Assembly (NCBI RefSeq): GCF_902652985.1
Contig: NC_047019.1
Location: 33,108,001-33,172,000, forward strand
Origin: Pecten maximus
Taxonomy: Eukaryota
Length of the DNA: 64,000 bases
Reading direction: 5' to 3'
Part shown: in pieces, positions 61,194 through 64,000 of the stretch
Layout: each line of letters begins with the position of its first letter
Numbering within the stretch: position 1 is the first letter of the stretch
Notes under the pieces: model-generated
What the model saw: only the letters and a program-made list of their open reading frames with translations
What the model was told of the DNA's origin: nothing
Database searches by the model: none
Position numbers and translations under genes: made by a program

Positions 61194-64000
61194 GCTATGA
61201 GACGAGAGCACAGAGCTTTCAAGCTCAGAACGGAAGAAAGCAGGTACCTGGAGAGTTGGTGGGTTCACCAAATGAGGCATCGGTATTTCTTGCCAAGAGT
61301 AACATTCAGGCCCTTCTAGACACAGGATCTACTGTTTCGACGATTTCGGAACAGTATTACCGAAGATTCCTATCAGATACCTGCGAACTTATGCCTGTGA
61401 CAGATTTCCTAAACGTAGAGTGTGCGGACGGAAACCTCTAGCAGTATGCTGGCTATATAGAGACGGACGTAACTATACCTGGTCTTTGTGGCGAGACACT
61501 AGCCTGTTTATTATTGGTCGTACCAGACAGTAGCTATAACTCTGCAGTTCCTTTGCTGCTTGGTACCAACGTTCTGTTCCCGTTGATGTATGCTTGTAGA
61601 GGTAAGTATGGGGCAAGGTTCCTGCAGCAGGCTGATCTTCATTCCCCCTGGTACCTCACTTTTAGATGTTTGTCATTAAGGGAACGGGAATTGGCGAGGA
61701 ATGACAACCGACTAGGTTTGGTTAGGTGTGCAGAAACTAACAGCATCATAATGAGACCGAACAGTTTTGTCACACTGAAAGGTTACATCGATAAAGGGAT
61801 CAGCTATTCTCGGACTTGTGCTATGCTACAACCATCGAGGTTGGCCACTATATCGACATTGTTGGATTTGACACCAGGGGTCATTGACTTCGATGATAAC
61901 CACAAGTCAGTTTTGGTGCAGCTGTCTAACGTAACCAGCAGGACATTGACCGTTCATCCAAGAGCAGTGATATGCGAACTTCAACCTGTCACCATGGAGA
62001 AACCACCACCTTCATTGAAGATCCAGGGAAAACCTAGTGTCTTGGATATTCTAGACTTTACTTCCTCAAAGGATACGCCTTTATCACCGTATCAACTCAG
62101 CGAGGGACTTGAGCTTATTAAAAAGTATGAGGATATTTTCTCTAAACATGATGAGGATATTGGTCATTCTACCATGGTCCAACACCGAATAGAGCTGGAG
62201 AATGAAACGCCTTTCAAACAACGTCACAGACGAATCCCACCGTCTATGCTGGATGAAGTGAAAGGACATCTCCAACAACTTCTGTCTGGAGGAATTATCA
62301 GGAAATCTTATTCACCATGGACATCCAATGTAGTGTTGGTAAGGAAGAAAGATGGAAGTCTACGAATGTGTGTAGATTATCGACAACTAAATAATCGCAC
62401 CATTAAAGATTCCTACGCGTTGCCTAGGATAGAGGACATTTTGGATTGCTTAGGCGGTAACAAGTTCTTCACTGTCCTAGATATGAAGAGCGGATATCAC
62501 CAGGTGGAAATAGACGAAGCACATAAGGAGCGGACGGCATTTACCGTTGTGGCATTGGGATTTTACGAATTTAATAGGATGCCATTTGGATTGACCAACG
62601 CTCCAGCGACGTACCAACGGCTTATGGAGGAATGCCTCGGAGATTTACACTTGAAAATATGTCTTATTTATCTTGATGATCTCATCATATTCTCTGATAC
62701 TTATGAGGAACATCTTCGTCGGTTGGACCAAGTTTTCCAGCGACTCAGAGAATGTAATCTCAAGCTTTCCCCAAAGAAATGTTGTTTCTTCAAGAATCGG
62801 GTGAAATATGTTGGACATATTGTTTCTGAAGCAGGCGTAGAAGCGGATCCCGATAAGGTAGCCAAGATTAGAGACTGGCCTACACCAACAACACCTGAAG
62901 ATGTCAGAAAATTCTTAGGATTTGCAGGATATTACCGCAAATTTGTACAGAACTTTGCTCGGATCGCACGACCGCTCACTAATTTGCTTCCATCTACTCA
63001 AACGAAGCAGAAGACAAAGAAACAAGAGAAGGTTCAGTGGAAGTGGGGAGATGAGGAAAGAAAGTCATTTGGAGACTTGAAGGATGTGTTGTCATCACCA
63101 CCTGTTCTTGTGTTCGCAGATTACACAAAACCGTTTGAACTCCATACAGATGCCAGTGCGATGGGGCTAGGTGCTGTTCTATACCAGGATCACCAAGGGG
63201 AATGTCGTCCAGTAGCCTATGCCAGTCGTGGACTTACTAAAGCGGAAAGGAATTATCCAGCCCATAAGCTAGAATTTCTAGCTATGAAATGGTCCATCAC
63301 CGACAAATTCCATGACTACTTGTACGGGAACCGCTTTACGGTCTACACAGACAACAATCCTTTGACCTATGTTCTTTCTAAGGCAAAGTTGGATGCAGTA
63401 GGTCACCGTTGGTTGTCATCTTTAGCGGCATATGACTATGATATACGCTACAAGCCTGGAAGGAGCAACTTAGATGCGGATACTTTGTCAAGGTACCCAG
63501 GAGTCGAGAGTTATCATACCACGGATATTCGACACATCACTAGGGAATGTGTAGATGCTGTATGCAACGCCGTTATTACGGACTCGCCATATATGGAAAC
63601 CATGTGCATGTCTGCCGACATTTTGGATGATTTTGACTTTGGACGTGACCTGGGACAGTACACCCCTGCTCAGATCAGGAAACTTCAGAGTGAGGATGAA
63701 GCAATTGCCGATATATTATCCTATGTCAGGAATCATCAAAGACCCAAGAAGCATGTGAACAAGTCTAGCGAGTTCCGGATTTATGCTAAGAACTTTGACA
63801 ACTTTGCTCTGGTAAGGGGAGTCCTGTACAAGAATGCAACAGGTGACAAGCGCCAGTTGGTGTTACCGATACCATTGAGGCGAGGGGTACTGAAGGCTTT
63901 GCACGACGATGTAGGACACCCTGGGCGTGATAGAACAACGTCAAGCATTCAGGATAGGTTTTATTGGCCAGGAATGTGCAAAGACGCGGAGGAGTGGGTC
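61154..64000 (+). pseudogene. pol (protease, RT, RNase H, start of integrase) with one premature stop, 3'-partial
   Basis: Lies in the -1 frame relative to gag. ALLDTGS, TAG at 61439-61441, then the same frame continues through YLDD (62669), HTDAS, TDN and LHDDVGHPG...FYWPGM to the window end. Confidence 0.88.

Larger units (their letters stand above)
58052..64000 (+). mobile_element. Ty3/Gypsy LTR retrotransposon with PNMA-like gag (cut by the window end), probably defective
   Basis: Putative 5' LTR tgtaac...ctaca at 58052-58919 (left edge unconfirmed without the 3' LTR), AATAAA at 58856, PBS at 58923, then gag, a -1 slippery site and PR-RT-RH-IN. Confidence 0.92.

Noticed and set aside
61439-61447. 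TAG CAG TAT as a programmed readthrough signal in pol
   Set aside because: It does not match the CARYYA context and lies within the protease region; a point mutation is the simpler explanation.

Overview
AT-rich, intron-rich animal genomic DNA, most likely a bivalve mollusc (inferred from the repeat families and gene structure, not confirmed). It holds three host genes: the last coding exon of a Regnase/ZC3H12-like RNase (+, 2..1135); a complete 13-exon LAS1L gene (-, 24048..46179, ~583 aa, HEPN motif RHDATH); and a complete 8-exon gene (-, 49658..55890, ~538 aa) for a secreted protein with a predicted N-terminal His, an LPMO/His-brace-like domain and a probable beta-propeller, which is the strongest novelty candidate. 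An intact Ty3/Gypsy element (814-bp LTRs with no differences seen, CTAT TSD, tRNA-Leu PBS, single gag-pol ORF) lies antisense in a LAS1L intron. A second Ty3/Gypsy element runs off the right edge; it has PNMA-like gag, a -1 slippery site, two premature stops and an LTR with apparent introns. The rest is Helentron/HINE-like elements with internal arrays, a hAT MITE, SINE, Penelope-like and RTE relics, and many minisatellites. Two LAS1L minisatellites are amplified copies of real splice junctions and another forms a large inverted array. All exon models were assembled by hand from GT/AG sites and phase continuity.
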